This document shows positions 52,863-62,707 of a stretch of DNA of 64,000 bases, piece by piece. The notes beneath the pieces are model-generated. The model worked only from the letters and a program-made list of their open reading frames with translations, made no database searches and was not told where the DNA came from. The position numbers and the translations under genes are program-made. Source of the stretch: a virus; IMG/VR virus record IMGVR_UViG_3300009159_000032. One strand, given 5' to 3'. Position 1 is the first letter of the stretch, and each line of letters starts with the position of its first letter.

Positions 52863-53653
52863 CATTAGATTTAAAATTTAAAAATAACTTTTGGTTAGTT
52901 TTTTTACCTCTTCATATCTTAGGGTTCTGCGGTCTATTCTATCTAAATGATTACTGGCAATGGTTATTAATCTTTTGGTTTACTTTTGGTGTGCTAGGTA
53001 ATGGTGTTGCAGGACATCGTTATTTTGCACATGGTCAATTTGAAACATGGACTCCTGTAAAATGGGCACTGGGTTTTCTAACATCGCTTGGAGGATTTGG
53101 TCCTGCAACTGATTGGAGAATACAACACAAGATGCATCATCTTAGAGCAGACAAAGAAGCTGATCCCCATTCTCCACATTTTAAAAATCCTTTCCAAGTT
53201 TTCTACGGATGGTATATATTTCAACACCAAGGTGAAGGATATCTTACTGATAGATTTGTACGCAAGATGGCAGTGAGTCAATTACGAGATAAATTTTACA
53301 GTTTCTTTGATAGAAATCATTATCGCATTATCTTTATTTTTTGTGCTATACTAGGTATAATTAATTTTCATTTGTTATTAATCTATGCTCTTGCATACTG
53401 CATCGACTTTTTTAGACTAGGCTCAGTAAACTATTGGTGTCATCGCAGTGGATACCGTACCTATGAAACTAATGATTACAGTAGGAACAATGTTTGGATA
53501 GGTTGGTTAGGTATGGGATTTGGTTGGCATAATACACACCACGCACATCCTGGTAAACTTATCCTAACTGAACGTTGGTGGGAAATTGACGTTGAAGGTT
53601 ATATCGGTTGGTTACTATCTAAGAACAAATATGGGACACAAAAAACAAATTGA
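52859..53653 (+). CDS. Second membrane fatty-acyl desaturase (delta-9-like)
   Basis: HRYFAH, HKMHH and HNTHH boxes; WWEID. Confidence 0.9.
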   Translation: MTLDLKFKNNFWLVFLPLHILGFCGLFYLNDYWQWLLIFWFTFGVLGNGVAGHRYFAHGQFETWTPVKWALGFLTSLGGFGPATDWRIQHKMHHLRADKEADPHSPHFKNPFQVFYGWYIFQHQGEGYLTDRFVRKMAVSQLRDKFYSFFDRNHYRIIFIFCAILGIINFHLLLIYALAYCIDFFRLGSVNYWCHRSGYRTYETNDYSRNNVWIGWLGMGFGWHNTHHAHPGKLILTERWWEIDVEGYIGWLLSKNKYGTQKTN

Positions 53654-53873
53654 TGTAGCTGCCGTTGTTGGACAGATTAATGCTGCCGCATATGAATGCA
53701 ACAGTCCGTACAATGACGGATTTATAGGTTGGGGTTACAAGCAAGACTTGTATAGGATTAAATGGATATTAGAAGATGCCATTAGACGATGCCCAAAATA
53801 TTCTCCCGAACCTGAATGGTTGCGAGAACAAGAAAAACAAAAAGTAATCAGGATTTTAAAAGATGATATTTAA
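53631..53873 (+). CDS. Hypothetical protein
   Basis: ATG at 53631; operon context. Confidence 0.55.
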   Translation: MGHKKQIDVAAVVGQINAAAYECNSPYNDGFIGWGYKQDLYRIKWILEDAIRRCPKYSPEPEWLREQEKQKVIRILKDDI

Positions 53874-54321
53874 TAAAGTTAGAGAATTAAAAGATGCCGG
53901 CATGAAGATCGGCATTACCTTTAGTCAGTTTGATATGCTTCATGCAGGACATATTGCTATGTTAAGTGAAGCTCGAAATCACTGCGATTACCTTATTGCA
54001 GGACTACAAAACAATGCCAAATGGGATCGACCAGAAAAGAACGAGCCAATTCAAAGTATTGTAGAACGTCAAATCCAATTAGCCGCTACACGATATGTGG
54101 ACGAAATTGTTGTATACAACACCGAAAAAGACCTTGAAGATCTCTTGCTTATTCTGCCAATTGATGTTAGAATATTAGGTGTAGAATATAAAGACAAGGC
54201 GTTTACCGGAAGAGAGATCTGTGTCCAACGTAGAATTGAATTGGTTTACAACGGACGAGATCATAGTTTTTCTAGTAGCAGTCTACGTAAACGTGTAGTT
54301 GAAGCAGAAAGCAAGAAATGA
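53863..54321 (+). CDS. Cytidylyltransferase (TagD/HIGH family)
   Basis: FDMLHAGH and SFSSSSLRKR. Confidence 0.82.
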   Translation: MIFNKVRELKDAGMKIGITFSQFDMLHAGHIAMLSEARNHCDYLIAGLQNNAKWDRPEKNEPIQSIVERQIQLAATRYVDEIVVYNTEKDLEDLLLILPIDVRILGVEYKDKAFTGREICVQRRIELVYNGRDHSFSSSSLRKRVVEAESKK

Positions 54322-55142
54322 AAATCCATTTAGTATCGGACCTACATTTAGAATGTGAGCATCAAGAACTTCCAGGTGGTGAAGTGTTGATTCTTGCAGG
54401 CGACATTGCAGAGTCTCGTACTATTGCAAGACATAAAAAAAGTTTTGAACAAGACCCTGCTGGTATCCTTACAGGCAATCCCTATCGTGCCTGGACGTTC
54501 TTTAAAGAAGAATGTGCCAAATACGATAAAGTATTTTATGTCATGGGCAATCACGAACACTATCACGGTAGGTTTGACAAGACCTATCACGAACTAAAAG
54601 TTATGATGCCCGACAACGTTGTGGTATTAGAAAATGAAGTTTTTGAATACAATGGTGTGATGTTCTTAGGTGCTACTCTGTGGACTGACTGTAATAAACA
54701 CGATCCTATAACAGAGATGACTCTTAAACACGGTATGAATGACTATAACGTGATTACTAATTTTTATGCCAGTAAAAATATCTATTACAAACTAACTCCG
54801 GAACACACTGCCGGTGTTCATCGTAAAACTCTGCAATATTTTAAAATTGTTTTAGAAGATAACAGAGACAAACCATTTGTGGTCATTACGCATCATGCCC
54901 CTAGTTTTGCCAGCGTTAATGAAAAATATGCTCAAGAAAAAACTATGAACGGTGGTTATGCCAGCGAACTTACAGAGTTTGTTCTTGATCATCCCAACAT
55001 CAAAACTTGGGTACATGGTCACATGCACGATCCTGTTGACTACATGATCGGAAGCACTCGTGTACTAAGTCATCCCCGTGGATATTACGGCTTTGAATAC
55101 AATGCCGAAATATTTGAACCTAACTGCGTTTTTGAAATCTAA
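54318..55142 (+). CDS. Calcineurin-like metallophosphoesterase
   Basis: SDLH, AGDI, GNHE, HH and HGHMH. Confidence 0.88.
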   Translation: MKIHLVSDLHLECEHQELPGGEVLILAGDIAESRTIARHKKSFEQDPAGILTGNPYRAWTFFKEECAKYDKVFYVMGNHEHYHGRFDKTYHELKVMMPDNVVVLENEVFEYNGVMFLGATLWTDCNKHDPITEMTLKHGMNDYNVITNFYASKNIYYKLTPEHTAGVHRKTLQYFKIVLEDNRDKPFVVITHHAPSFASVNEKYAQEKTMNGGYASELTEFVLDHPNIKTWVHGHMHDPVDYMIGSTRVLSHPRGYYGFEYNAEIFEPNCVFEI

Positions 55143-55146
55143 ATAA

Positions 55147-55587
55147 ATGAAAATTGGTTTAAGTTATAGCCGATGCGTTAGAGATATCGTAGACGGAGTT
55201 GTTGACATCAATGATGTATTAGTTATAATTGCACGTACAGATTTTGATCCTCACAACGATGATCAATGGCGAGGTATTTGGATCAGCTACGGTGGCGGCA
55301 CTGATCACGGTCCTACTACCGGATTCTACAGTATGAGTCATCCTGAATGGGCTGGCTATACAGATGAAGATCGGTTTCGAAGTGTAAGTATTGAACTTTG
55401 GGAGTCTGGTAAATTACACCAGCCGCGTAAGTTTGGAGCACATCCTAGTCGCCGTCCTGAAATTTGGTTAGAAGCAGTTCTACCAAGCAGTGAGTTGACT
55501 AAAAATCCAGCCGCTAAGAAAGCCTGGGAGCAGTTCCAAACTATTGCAGGTTTAACTAATGTAAAATTAGATAAAGACTATCAATGA
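55147..55587 (+). CDS. Hypothetical protein
   Basis: ORF in operon. Confidence 0.6.
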   Translation: MKIGLSYSRCVRDIVDGVVDINDVLVIIARTDFDPHNDDQWRGIWISYGGGTDHGPTTGFYSMSHPEWAGYTDEDRFRSVSIELWESGKLHQPRKFGAHPSRRPEIWLEAVLPSSELTKNPAAKKAWEQFQTIAGLTNVKLDKDYQ

Positions 55588-56222
55588 AAGAAGACCTTAG
55601 TAATTACAAATATTTCAAACCTATTGGCGGGGAAATAATTGATTACATTGCAGATAGATATGACGAGCTAAAGAAAGATTTTTTTGAAAATATTATTAAT
55701 TCTAGCATAGTTACTAACAAACCAGCTTATAAATTTCCAGATGATGTAACTGATTTGTATAGAGGAAAAATTATAAGTGCAGGGTTGAAGTTATCTTACA
55801 TTGCCGTAGATCATTATGAACGAGAAATCTTAGATTGGACTCCGGGAGAAAGATACAGACATTCGTATGATAAATTTACACCAAAAGTAACCGGGCCTTG
55901 GGTTGATTTTGTTAAAAAGTTTGACCATATGATTGAGCAGTTACATTTTAATATGGCGTATCCCGGAGCAACTATAACTCCGCACAAGGGAATTTCTACA
56001 AAATATTTTAGAGTGCATATATGTTTACAGGAAAATCAAGGTTTTTATTTTGATATTGAGGGTGAAAAAAAATATTGGTACGAAGGTGTAGAAAATGCAT
56101 TTGCATTTGACGACGCCAATGTTAAACACGCTGTTTACTATGAAGAAAAGAATAATCCTAAACCAAGAGTAATAGTATTACTAGATATTAAAAAAGAATT
56201 TTATACAGATTTATTTAAATGA
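55584..56222 (+). CDS. Aspartyl/asparaginyl beta-hydroxylase family oxygenase (LpxO-like fold)
   Basis: PGATITPHKG, RVHICL, FAFDD..KHAV and PRVIVLLDI. Confidence 0.78.
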   Translation: MKEDLSNYKYFKPIGGEIIDYIADRYDELKKDFFENIINSSIVTNKPAYKFPDDVTDLYRGKIISAGLKLSYIAVDHYEREILDWTPGERYRHSYDKFTPKVTGPWVDFVKKFDHMIEQLHFNMAYPGATITPHKGISTKYFRVHICLQENQGFYFDIEGEKKYWYEGVENAFAFDDANVKHAVYYEEKNNPKPRVIVLLDIKKEFYTDLFK

Positions 56223-56238
56223 ACAAGGAGTATAGATA

Positions 56239-56574
56239 ATGTACGCAGAAACACAAGTCCCCCCATATAGAGCCCAACAGAAAAAGAAACCGTGGTTCCT
56301 AAAAAGATGGGTTATTAATTGGGTTCGTGAGGACTGGGAGAATGCCAGTGAGAATACTCTAGCATCTAATAGAATTGATTCTCCTAGAGATACTCTGGAT
56401 TCTGATCGAGCTATAAGATTTAACATCTATCACGCCAACGGTGGTCGAGTTGTTGAAGTTAGTAGTTATGATCTCCACAAAGATAGACATAAGAGATCAT
56501 TGTATGTTATAACTAGTGATCAAGACTTTGGTCGTGAGATTGATAAAATTGTTACAATGGAAGCGTTAAAATGA
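56239..56574 (+). CDS. Hypothetical protein
   Basis: AAGGAG RBS. Confidence 0.6.
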   Translation: MYAETQVPPYRAQQKKKPWFLKRWVINWVREDWENASENTLASNRIDSPRDTLDSDRAIRFNIYHANGGRVVEVSSYDLHKDRHKRSLYVITSDQDFGREIDKIVTMEALK

Positions 56575-57491
56575 AAGAATTATGGGTAGAAAAATATCGG
56601 CCTAAGAAAGTCAGTGACTACGTCTTTAGAGACGAGAATCAAAAACGACAAGTTGAGAATTGGATCAAGGAAGGTTCTATTCCGCACTTGTTGTTGAGTG
56701 GTAGTGCTGGTATTGGAAAAACTACTCTAGCAAAAGTACTATGCAACGAGCTAGGCATTGAAGATTTTGATGTACTTGAAATCAATGCAAGTCGAGACAA
56801 TAACGTAGAAACTGTACGTGACAAGATTATCAACTTTGTACAGATGATTCCATTTGGTCCGTTCAAAGTAGTGTTACTGGACGAAGCTGATTATCTTACT
56901 CCTAACGCACAGGCAATCTTACGTGGGGTTATGGAAACATACAGTAACCACAGTAGATTTATTCTTACCTGCAATTATCCGAATAGAATTATTCCTGCTA
57001 TTCACAGTCGTTGTCAAGGTTTCCATGTAGAGAAAACTGATCAAACAGAATACACTGCTCGAGTGGCTACTATTTTGATCGAAGAAGACATTGAGTTTGA
57101 TTTAGATGTGCTTGATACATTTGTTAAGGCAGCATATCCTGATCTGCGTAAGTGTATTAATCTAGTACAGCAATCTGTTACAGATAAAAAACTTCATTCA
57201 CCAGAAGCAAACGATACAGGTATATCTGATTGGAAGATTGATATGGTGCAGTTGTTCAAAGCTAGACAGATTCAGCAGGCACGTAAACTGATCTGTAGCA
57301 AGGCCAAGCCAGAAGAAATTGAAGATGTGTTCCGCTGGATGTATGACAACGTAGATTTGTTCGGTGCCGACGAAGAGTCTAAAGACTCAGCTGTTATTAT
57401 TATCAAACAAGGGCTGTGTGATCATGCCCTTATTGCAGACCCAGAAATTAATTTGTCTGCAACACTGATCAAATTAGCAAGACTACAATAA
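56571..57491 (+). CDS. Clamp loader subunit (gp44/RFC-like AAA+)
   Basis: LWVEKYRP, GSAGIGKTT, LDEAD, SRC and DLRK. Confidence 0.93.
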   Translation: MKELWVEKYRPKKVSDYVFRDENQKRQVENWIKEGSIPHLLLSGSAGIGKTTLAKVLCNELGIEDFDVLEINASRDNNVETVRDKIINFVQMIPFGPFKVVLLDEADYLTPNAQAILRGVMETYSNHSRFILTCNYPNRIIPAIHSRCQGFHVEKTDQTEYTARVATILIEEDIEFDLDVLDTFVKAAYPDLRKCINLVQQSVTDKKLHSPEANDTGISDWKIDMVQLFKARQIQQARKLICSKAKPEEIEDVFRWMYDNVDLFGADEESKDSAVIIIKQGLCDHALIADPEINLSATLIKLARLQ

Positions 57492-57493
57492 AA

Positions 57494-57536
57494 AATCAGG
57501 TAGTGTGCAGGTCGATAAACGATTCACTACCTGATT
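57494..57536. terminator. Hairpin between convergent genes (likely bidirectional terminator)
   Basis: AATCAGGTAGTG/CACTACCTGATT 12-bp stem. Confidence 0.75.
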
Positions 57537-57570
57537 ATACGCTTTTTAATTAAAGTGGTATTATAGCTGC

Positions 57571-58308
57571 TTATTCGTTTTCTGATTCCTTATAAATTTT
57601 AAGAACTTCTTTGACTACTGGATGTCTCTCTACATCTTTTGTCTCAAACCTCGCCATAGCAATCATTCGGAAATCACCTCCTTCATCGAATAAACTGCAA
57701 AATTCTAATAGACCGTTTTCACGCGGACGGTCCGCTTGGTTTAAATCTCCTGTAACTACCATACGGCTATTTTCGCCAATACGTGTTAACAACATTTTCA
57801 TCTGTGACGGTGTGGCGTTTTGCATTTCGTCAGCAATAACAAAAGCGTTCTTAAATGTACGCCCTCGCATATAAGCCAACGGTGATATTTCTATCACTCC
57901 ATCATCGAGCATATCAGCTATTTCTCGAGGATGGTAATACTCTTCAAATACATCAAAAATAGGTCTAGTCCAAGGCTCCATTTTTTGATTCAACGTACCG
58001 GGTAAAAATCCGTGTTCTTCATCCACACTGACAGCAGGTCGTGTAACAATTATTTTACTAATTGCACCTTCCTTGAACAATTTAATTGCCATTTGAACTG
58101 CCAACATAGTTTTACCTGTACCGGCTGGGCCGATAGCAAATACTATGAATTTACGGGGGTTTTTCAACATTTCTAGATATGTTTCCTGGCTTATATTGCG
58201 AGGAACTATATTGACCTGTTGTTTCTTACGCAGATACTGATTAATTTGAATCAAATTTTGTTGCTCGGGACGAACCATAGTTCTTTCCTTACGTTTTGCT
58301 CTAGACAA
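57571..58308 (-). CDS. phoH: PhoH-family ATPase
   Basis: GPAGTGKT, RPAV, LAYMRGRTF, DEMQN and GDLNQ; AGGAGG RBS with TTG start. Confidence 0.93.
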   Translation of the reverse strand: MSRAKRKERTMVRPEQQNLIQINQYLRKKQQVNIVPRNISQETYLEMLKNPRKFIVFAIGPAGTGKTMLAVQMAIKLFKEGAISKIIVTRPAVSVDEEHGFLPGTLNQKMEPWTRPIFDVFEEYYHPREIADMLDDGVIEISPLAYMRGRTFKNAFVIADEMQNATPSQMKMLLTRIGENSRMVVTGDLNQADRPRENGLLEFCSLFDEGGDFRMIAMARFETKDVERHPVVKEVLKIYKESENE

Positions 58309-58420
58309 ATTATGCCTCCTTTGTGAGCGACCTGCATATATAATTATCTCAATATTGTAAAAAGCTAATCAAATAGGTCTTTTTTGAATAGCATAAATAT
58401 TATCATAAAAGAGAACTCTC

Positions 58421-58978
58421 ATGCACGACATTGTAGACATTATTAAAAACATACAAACTATCAGTTCCAATGACACAGCATTTAAAATACTTAAAGATTT
58501 TGAACGTGTGTTAGATGAGCTAGATATCTATGTTTTTGACAACTGGAAGGACGGCGAATTAATACAAGGCCCCGAAGTTAACAGATATTCTGTTAGCTGT
58601 GAATTTATGTGGCCTAGAGAAAACATGCCTGATCCAGAAGGCGGTACAAGATTGCTAGACTACGGTTGCAAAGTGATCTACAAAAAAGACAATCTCATGG
58701 TTCCACGCAAAGTGTATAGTCCTGACGATTTTCGACCAGGAACTAAAAAAGGTAAAATAGATGCTCATCCTATTTGGCGTGTAACTATTATAATTCCTAA
58801 AAAGTTAATGCAGGATATCTTCCAAGGATACACTGATAAAGAGAATCGTGCTCTTGCAGATTCAATGAAATATGAACAAATGCTTCAGGCTAATCAGCAG
58901 GCAATGTCCGCAGGTCCAGAAGATGCGGCAGCAGGAGCAACAACAGGAGAAGCAGGTGCAGAAGTTCCGACTATTTGA
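58421..58978 (+). CDS. Conserved phage hypothetical protein (late)
   Basis: TAAATA upstream; low-complexity C-terminus. Confidence 0.6.
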   Translation: MHDIVDIIKNIQTISSNDTAFKILKDFERVLDELDIYVFDNWKDGELIQGPEVNRYSVSCEFMWPRENMPDPEGGTRLLDYGCKVIYKKDNLMVPRKVYSPDDFRPGTKKGKIDAHPIWRVTIIIPKKLMQDIFQGYTDKENRALADSMKYEQMLQANQQAMSAGPEDAAAGATTGEAGAEVPTI

Positions 58979-59705
58979 AGGACTACGTAGAGGTGATCTA
59001 CAGGGATTTGTAGAAACAACTTTTAGCGTTGACCAATTTACCAGCAAGATGGGTGAAGATGCCAATGTTGCTGTTGTGGGTTTTAAAGTAAACGATAAAC
59101 ATCCAGCTATGGATTTAATGGAGTTTATTGAAAAAGGTTATGACTTTGTTTTAGATGCTGATATCAGTTCTGGCGAAGGCAAGGACGGCAAGTATCAAGT
59201 ATTTGTAGAAATTGAAAGATCTAGAAGACTACCAGAACAGATTAAAGAATTAGTAGGCGGAGTTAGTAGATTAATTGACAGCAAAGATTGGAGATTTAGA
59301 TATTATAGAGATTCTAAAAGCTACGAATTTTCTGAAGAAGCTATTTCAGAAAGTGTGCCACTGACCAGTGATTCATACAAAACAAAAATGTTAGAAATGA
59401 AAAATGTCACAGTTGGTGAATTTTTTAATCAAACACCTTTTGAATCAATTCGTATAGACGAAAACGATCATATTACCATTGTCAAACCCTATTCAGGTTA
59501 TGTCAACATGGAACTGTTAGCAATGGGCAAATACGAAGATATCAAAGACAGTCTTCAAGGTGCTATCCAACTAGACGAAGCTAGCCAGAGTCAGGTTAAT
59601 TTCCTTGAGAAATATCTAGGTAATTACGAAATACATAAAATTAACAACAAATTTTTAATTAGAAACGGCGACCAGGCGGTTGTTGTTACAAAAGAGAGAT
59701 GGTAA
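58872..59705 (+). CDS. Hypothetical protein (start uncertain, perhaps ATG 58923)
   Basis: Long ORF overlapping the 3' end of the upstream gene. Confidence 0.6.
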   Translation: MNKCFRLISRQCPQVQKMRQQEQQQEKQVQKFRLFEGLRRGDLQGFVETTFSVDQFTSKMGEDANVAVVGFKVNDKHPAMDLMEFIEKGYDFVLDADISSGEGKDGKYQVFVEIERSRRLPEQIKELVGGVSRLIDSKDWRFRYYRDSKSYEFSEEAISESVPLTSDSYKTKMLEMKNVTVGEFFNQTPFESIRIDENDHITIVKPYSGYVNMELLAMGKYEDIKDSLQGAIQLDEASQSQVNFLEKYLGNYEIHKINNKFLIRNGDQAVVVTKERW

Positions 59706-59725
59706 TAAAAACATAAGAGGTAACA

Positions 59726-60352
59726 ATGAGTTTTACATTTGAATTTGAAGAAAAACACTTAGAAGCAATGCTACATAATAATCCTTATGTAGATCAATGG
59801 TATAATGCGTTACATGAGATACTACCAGAATACAATATCAATACTCCCCAGCGTGTGGCTGCGTTCCTTGCCCAATGTGCTCACGAAAGCGGTGGGTTTA
59901 AATTTTTAAAAGAAAATTTAAATTACAAAGCAAAAAGTCTACGTACAGTATTTCCAAAGTACTTTACAGATGATAGTATTGCCGCACAATACGCCAACAA
60001 GCCTGAAATGATTGCCAACAGAGTCTATGCCAGTCGCATGGGCAATGGTGACGAATCTAGTGGTGACGGATATCGTTATTGTGGTCGTGGACTTATTCAA
60101 TTAACAGGTAAAGATAACTATTCATGGTTCGCTGCCAGTCTTGACATGACTCCAGAAGATGTTGCAGAATATCTAGGAACATTTGAAGGTGCTGTACAAT
60201 CAGCTTGCTGGTTTTGGGAAAACAACAACTTGAACGTAGAAGCTGACGCAGGCGATATTAAGAAAATGACCAAGAAGATTAACGGTGGTTATATTGGTCT
60301 TGAAGATCGTATCAAACATTACGAACACGCATTACACGTATTTGGAGTCTAA
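59726..60352 (+). CDS. Endolysin, glycoside hydrolase family 19-like
   Basis: FLAQCAHESGGF, GRGLIQLTG and TKKINGG. Confidence 0.88.
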   Translation: MSFTFEFEEKHLEAMLHNNPYVDQWYNALHEILPEYNINTPQRVAAFLAQCAHESGGFKFLKENLNYKAKSLRTVFPKYFTDDSIAAQYANKPEMIANRVYASRMGNGDESSGDGYRYCGRGLIQLTGKDNYSWFAASLDMTPEDVAEYLGTFEGAVQSACWFWENNNLNVEADAGDIKKMTKKINGGYIGLEDRIKHYEHALHVFGV

Positions 60353-60355
60353 CCA

Positions 60356-60814
60356 ATGTGGCAGATAATGTGGATACTTTCACTACTACCTGATTGGGTC
60401 TATCATCTTATTACTATTGCAGGTGTACTAGGATTAATTGCAGCCTGGGTTTTAAAATTTATTCCTTTTATCAGCACATATAGACTGCCTATTCAAGTAG
60501 GTAGTGTTATTGCCTTGTTGTTTGGAATATGGATGGAAGGCGGCATTGTTAACGAAGCTAAATGGCAGACTAGAGTTAAAGAACTTGAAGAAAAAGTTGC
60601 AGTAGCAGAAACACAGTCAAAAGAAGAAAATGTTAAGATTGTAACCAAGGTTGTTACAAAAACACAGATTGTAAAAGTTCGTGGAAACGATATTGTAAAA
60701 TATGTTGACAGAGAAATTGTAAAATACGATACAAAATTTGCTCCCGGCGGGATCTGCGAGATTCCTAAAGAGTTTATTAAAGCACACAACGATTCAGCAG
60801 AGGTACCAAAATGA
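60356..60814 (+). CDS. Putative inner-membrane spanin (Rz-like)
   Basis: N-terminal TM helices followed by a coiled coil; follows the endolysin. Confidence 0.65.
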   Translation: MWQIMWILSLLPDWVYHLITIAGVLGLIAAWVLKFIPFISTYRLPIQVGSVIALLFGIWMEGGIVNEAKWQTRVKELEEKVAVAETQSKEENVKIVTKVVTKTQIVKVRGNDIVKYVDREIVKYDTKFAPGGICEIPKEFIKAHNDSAEVPK

Positions 60815-61098
60815 ATTTGCTTAAATTATTTGTATTAACAATTTGTATTATACTTGCATTCTTAGCAACAGGATGTAGCACAGTAGTACCTGTAACTATG
60901 AAATTTCCCGAAGCACCAGGTAATATAGCATTAACAGCCTGTCCTCAACTGCAAAAACTACAAGAAGATGCTAAATTAAGCGATATTAGCAAGACTGTTT
61001 CTGTAAATTACACAACTTATTACGAATGTGCTGTAAAAACAGATGCATGGATAGAATGGTATCAAAAACAAAAGCAAATATTTGAAAAAGTAAAATAA
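60811..61098 (+). CDS. Putative outer-membrane spanin (Rz1-like lipoprotein)
   Basis: LATG-C lipobox; Pro/Cys-containing body. Confidence 0.65.
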   Translation: MNLLKLFVLTICIILAFLATGCSTVVPVTMKFPEAPGNIALTACPQLQKLQEDAKLSDISKTVSVNYTTYYECAVKTDAWIEWYQKQKQIFEKVK

Positions 61099-61158
61099 CG
61101 GCAATCATTATATTTGCATTTAACAAATAAATACACTGTACACTTAAAGGAGCCTGCT

Positions 61159-61614
61159 ATGGCAGAAGAACAAAAAGTAGAGAAAAAAGACGAAGATTGG
61201 ATGCAAAAGAAATGGCGTCCAGCTATGGGCTGGATGTATATGGGCATTTGTACACTAGACATGGGTATATTTCCAATTCTATGGAGTGTGCTACAAACAG
61301 TGACTCATGCACCACTTACACAATGGCAACCGCTGACACTACAGGGAGCAGGCCTGTTCCATGTAGCCATGGGTGCTGTTTTAGGTATTGCTGCATTTGG
61401 TCGCACACAAGAAAAATTAGCTGGCGCTGCACAAAACCCTGCACCTGCACCAACGCCAGTTTCATCATTTGCACCGGCACCTGATAATTCAGGGTTTGGG
61501 GGAGGTTTTACAGCACCTGTTACAACACCGTCATTTAGTGCAGCTAAGCCGCCAGTCGTAACTTCCAGCAGTGGAAAGCCAGGACCAGCACAACAACCGA
61601 TGCCAGAACTATAA
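61159..61614 (+). CDS. Putative holin (GTA 3TM-like)
   Basis: KWRPAMGWMY and FGRTQEK; TM helices; AAGGAG RBS. Confidence 0.65.
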   Translation: MAEEQKVEKKDEDWMQKKWRPAMGWMYMGICTLDMGIFPILWSVLQTVTHAPLTQWQPLTLQGAGLFHVAMGAVLGIAAFGRTQEKLAGAAQNPAPAPTPVSSFAPAPDNSGFGGGFTAPVTTPSFSAAKPPVVTSSSGKPGPAQQPMPEL

Positions 61615-61624
61615 AGGAATAACA

Positions 61625-61822
61625 ATGAAAAAATTATTAGCACTATTGATAGCATCAGCATTTATCATGCCAGTTATGGCTGAAGATGTTAAGCCAGAAG
61701 TCAAGAAAGTTTGTATCAAACAAAAAGACGCTAAAACAGGCAAAGAAAAAGAAGTCTGTAAGAATGTAAAGAAACATAAAAAACACGAAGGCACCGAAGT
61801 ACCTACTGGTAAGAAAAAGTAA
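61625..61822 (+). CDS. Small secreted Lys-rich protein
   Basis: Signal peptide MKKLLALLIASAFIMPVMA; two Cys; AAAGGA RBS. Confidence 0.6.
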   Translation: MKKLLALLIASAFIMPVMAEDVKPEVKKVCIKQKDAKTGKEKEVCKNVKKHKKHEGTEVPTGKKK

Positions 61823-61828
61823 TTTTAT

Positions 61829-61871
61829 TTGACACAACCAAAAAGGTATAGTATAATAGCTATACCTTTTT
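61829..61871 (+). promoter_or_regulatory. sigma70-type promoter overlapping a terminator-like hairpin
   Basis: TTGACA-N17-TATAAT; the -10 box sits in the loop of AAAAAGGTATAG/CTATACCTTTTT. Confidence 0.75.
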
Positions 61872-61877
61872 TCTTTT

Positions 61878-62699
61878 ATGGAATATTACAATACACTAGG
61901 AATAACCAAAGATGCTGGCCCCGATGAAATCAAACGGGCTTATCGCAGTCTTGCATCTAAACATCATCCAGATAAAGGTGGCGACACTGCAACATTCCAA
62001 AAGATACAAGAGGCATACGCAACACTAAGCGACCCTCAGAAAAAATCCGAATACGATAATCCAAGGCCTCAAATGGAGGGATTCCATTTTGGTGGAGGTG
62101 GTATGCCTCAAGGATTTGAACAATTTTTTCATCAGTTTGGACCAAACATTGGAGACCTATTTGGTAGGAATAGGGCCATGCGTAATCGAAACATTAATCT
62201 AGAAACACAAATTGATTTAGAAGAAGCATATCGAGGTAAGGATGTCATTGCCAGTTATCGCCTAGGTAACAACAGTGAAAGAACATTTGAAGTAAAAATC
62301 CCCCCCGGCGTACATGACGGAGTAACTTTAAGAATTGCAGGTGCAGGTGATAATCAATATCAACAGTTACCTCCAGGCGATGCAATGTTAACTGTAAGAG
62401 TCCGACAGCATTCAAAATTTCAGCGTAACGGCAATGACCTAGTAGAACAAATTACAATTTCAGCGTTTGATGCCATGTTAGGCCGTGACTTAGAGATAAC
62501 AACCATCGATGGAAATAAATTAACCGTAGGCATAAAAGAAGGAACACAACCTGGCAACATGTTAAGAATACAAGGGTATGGTATGCCTGATTTGAACAAT
62601 CCCAATATCAAAGGTAATCATATGTTGATCATTAATGTTCAAATACCAAATAACCTTACTGAATATCAAAAGAATACAATCCGTTCTATATTACCTTAA
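61878..62699 (+). CDS. dnaJ: DnaJ-class co-chaperone without a zinc finger (CbpA-like)
   Basis: J domain with HPD; G/F-rich linker; C-terminal substrate-binding domain. Confidence 0.88.
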   Translation: MEYYNTLGITKDAGPDEIKRAYRSLASKHHPDKGGDTATFQKIQEAYATLSDPQKKSEYDNPRPQMEGFHFGGGGMPQGFEQFFHQFGPNIGDLFGRNRAMRNRNINLETQIDLEEAYRGKDVIASYRLGNNSERTFEVKIPPGVHDGVTLRIAGAGDNQYQQLPPGDAMLTVRVRQHSKFQRNGNDLVEQITISAFDAMLGRDLEITTIDGNKLTVGIKEGTQPGNMLRIQGYGMPDLNNPNIKGNHMLIINVQIPNNLTEYQKNTIRSILP

Positions 62700-62707
62700 A
62701 TATTATT

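Noticed and set aside
58872-58978. Long overlap between two ORFs suggesting programmed frameshifting
   Set aside because: It is explained by low-complexity sequence and an uncertain start; no slippery heptamer with a downstream structure was found.
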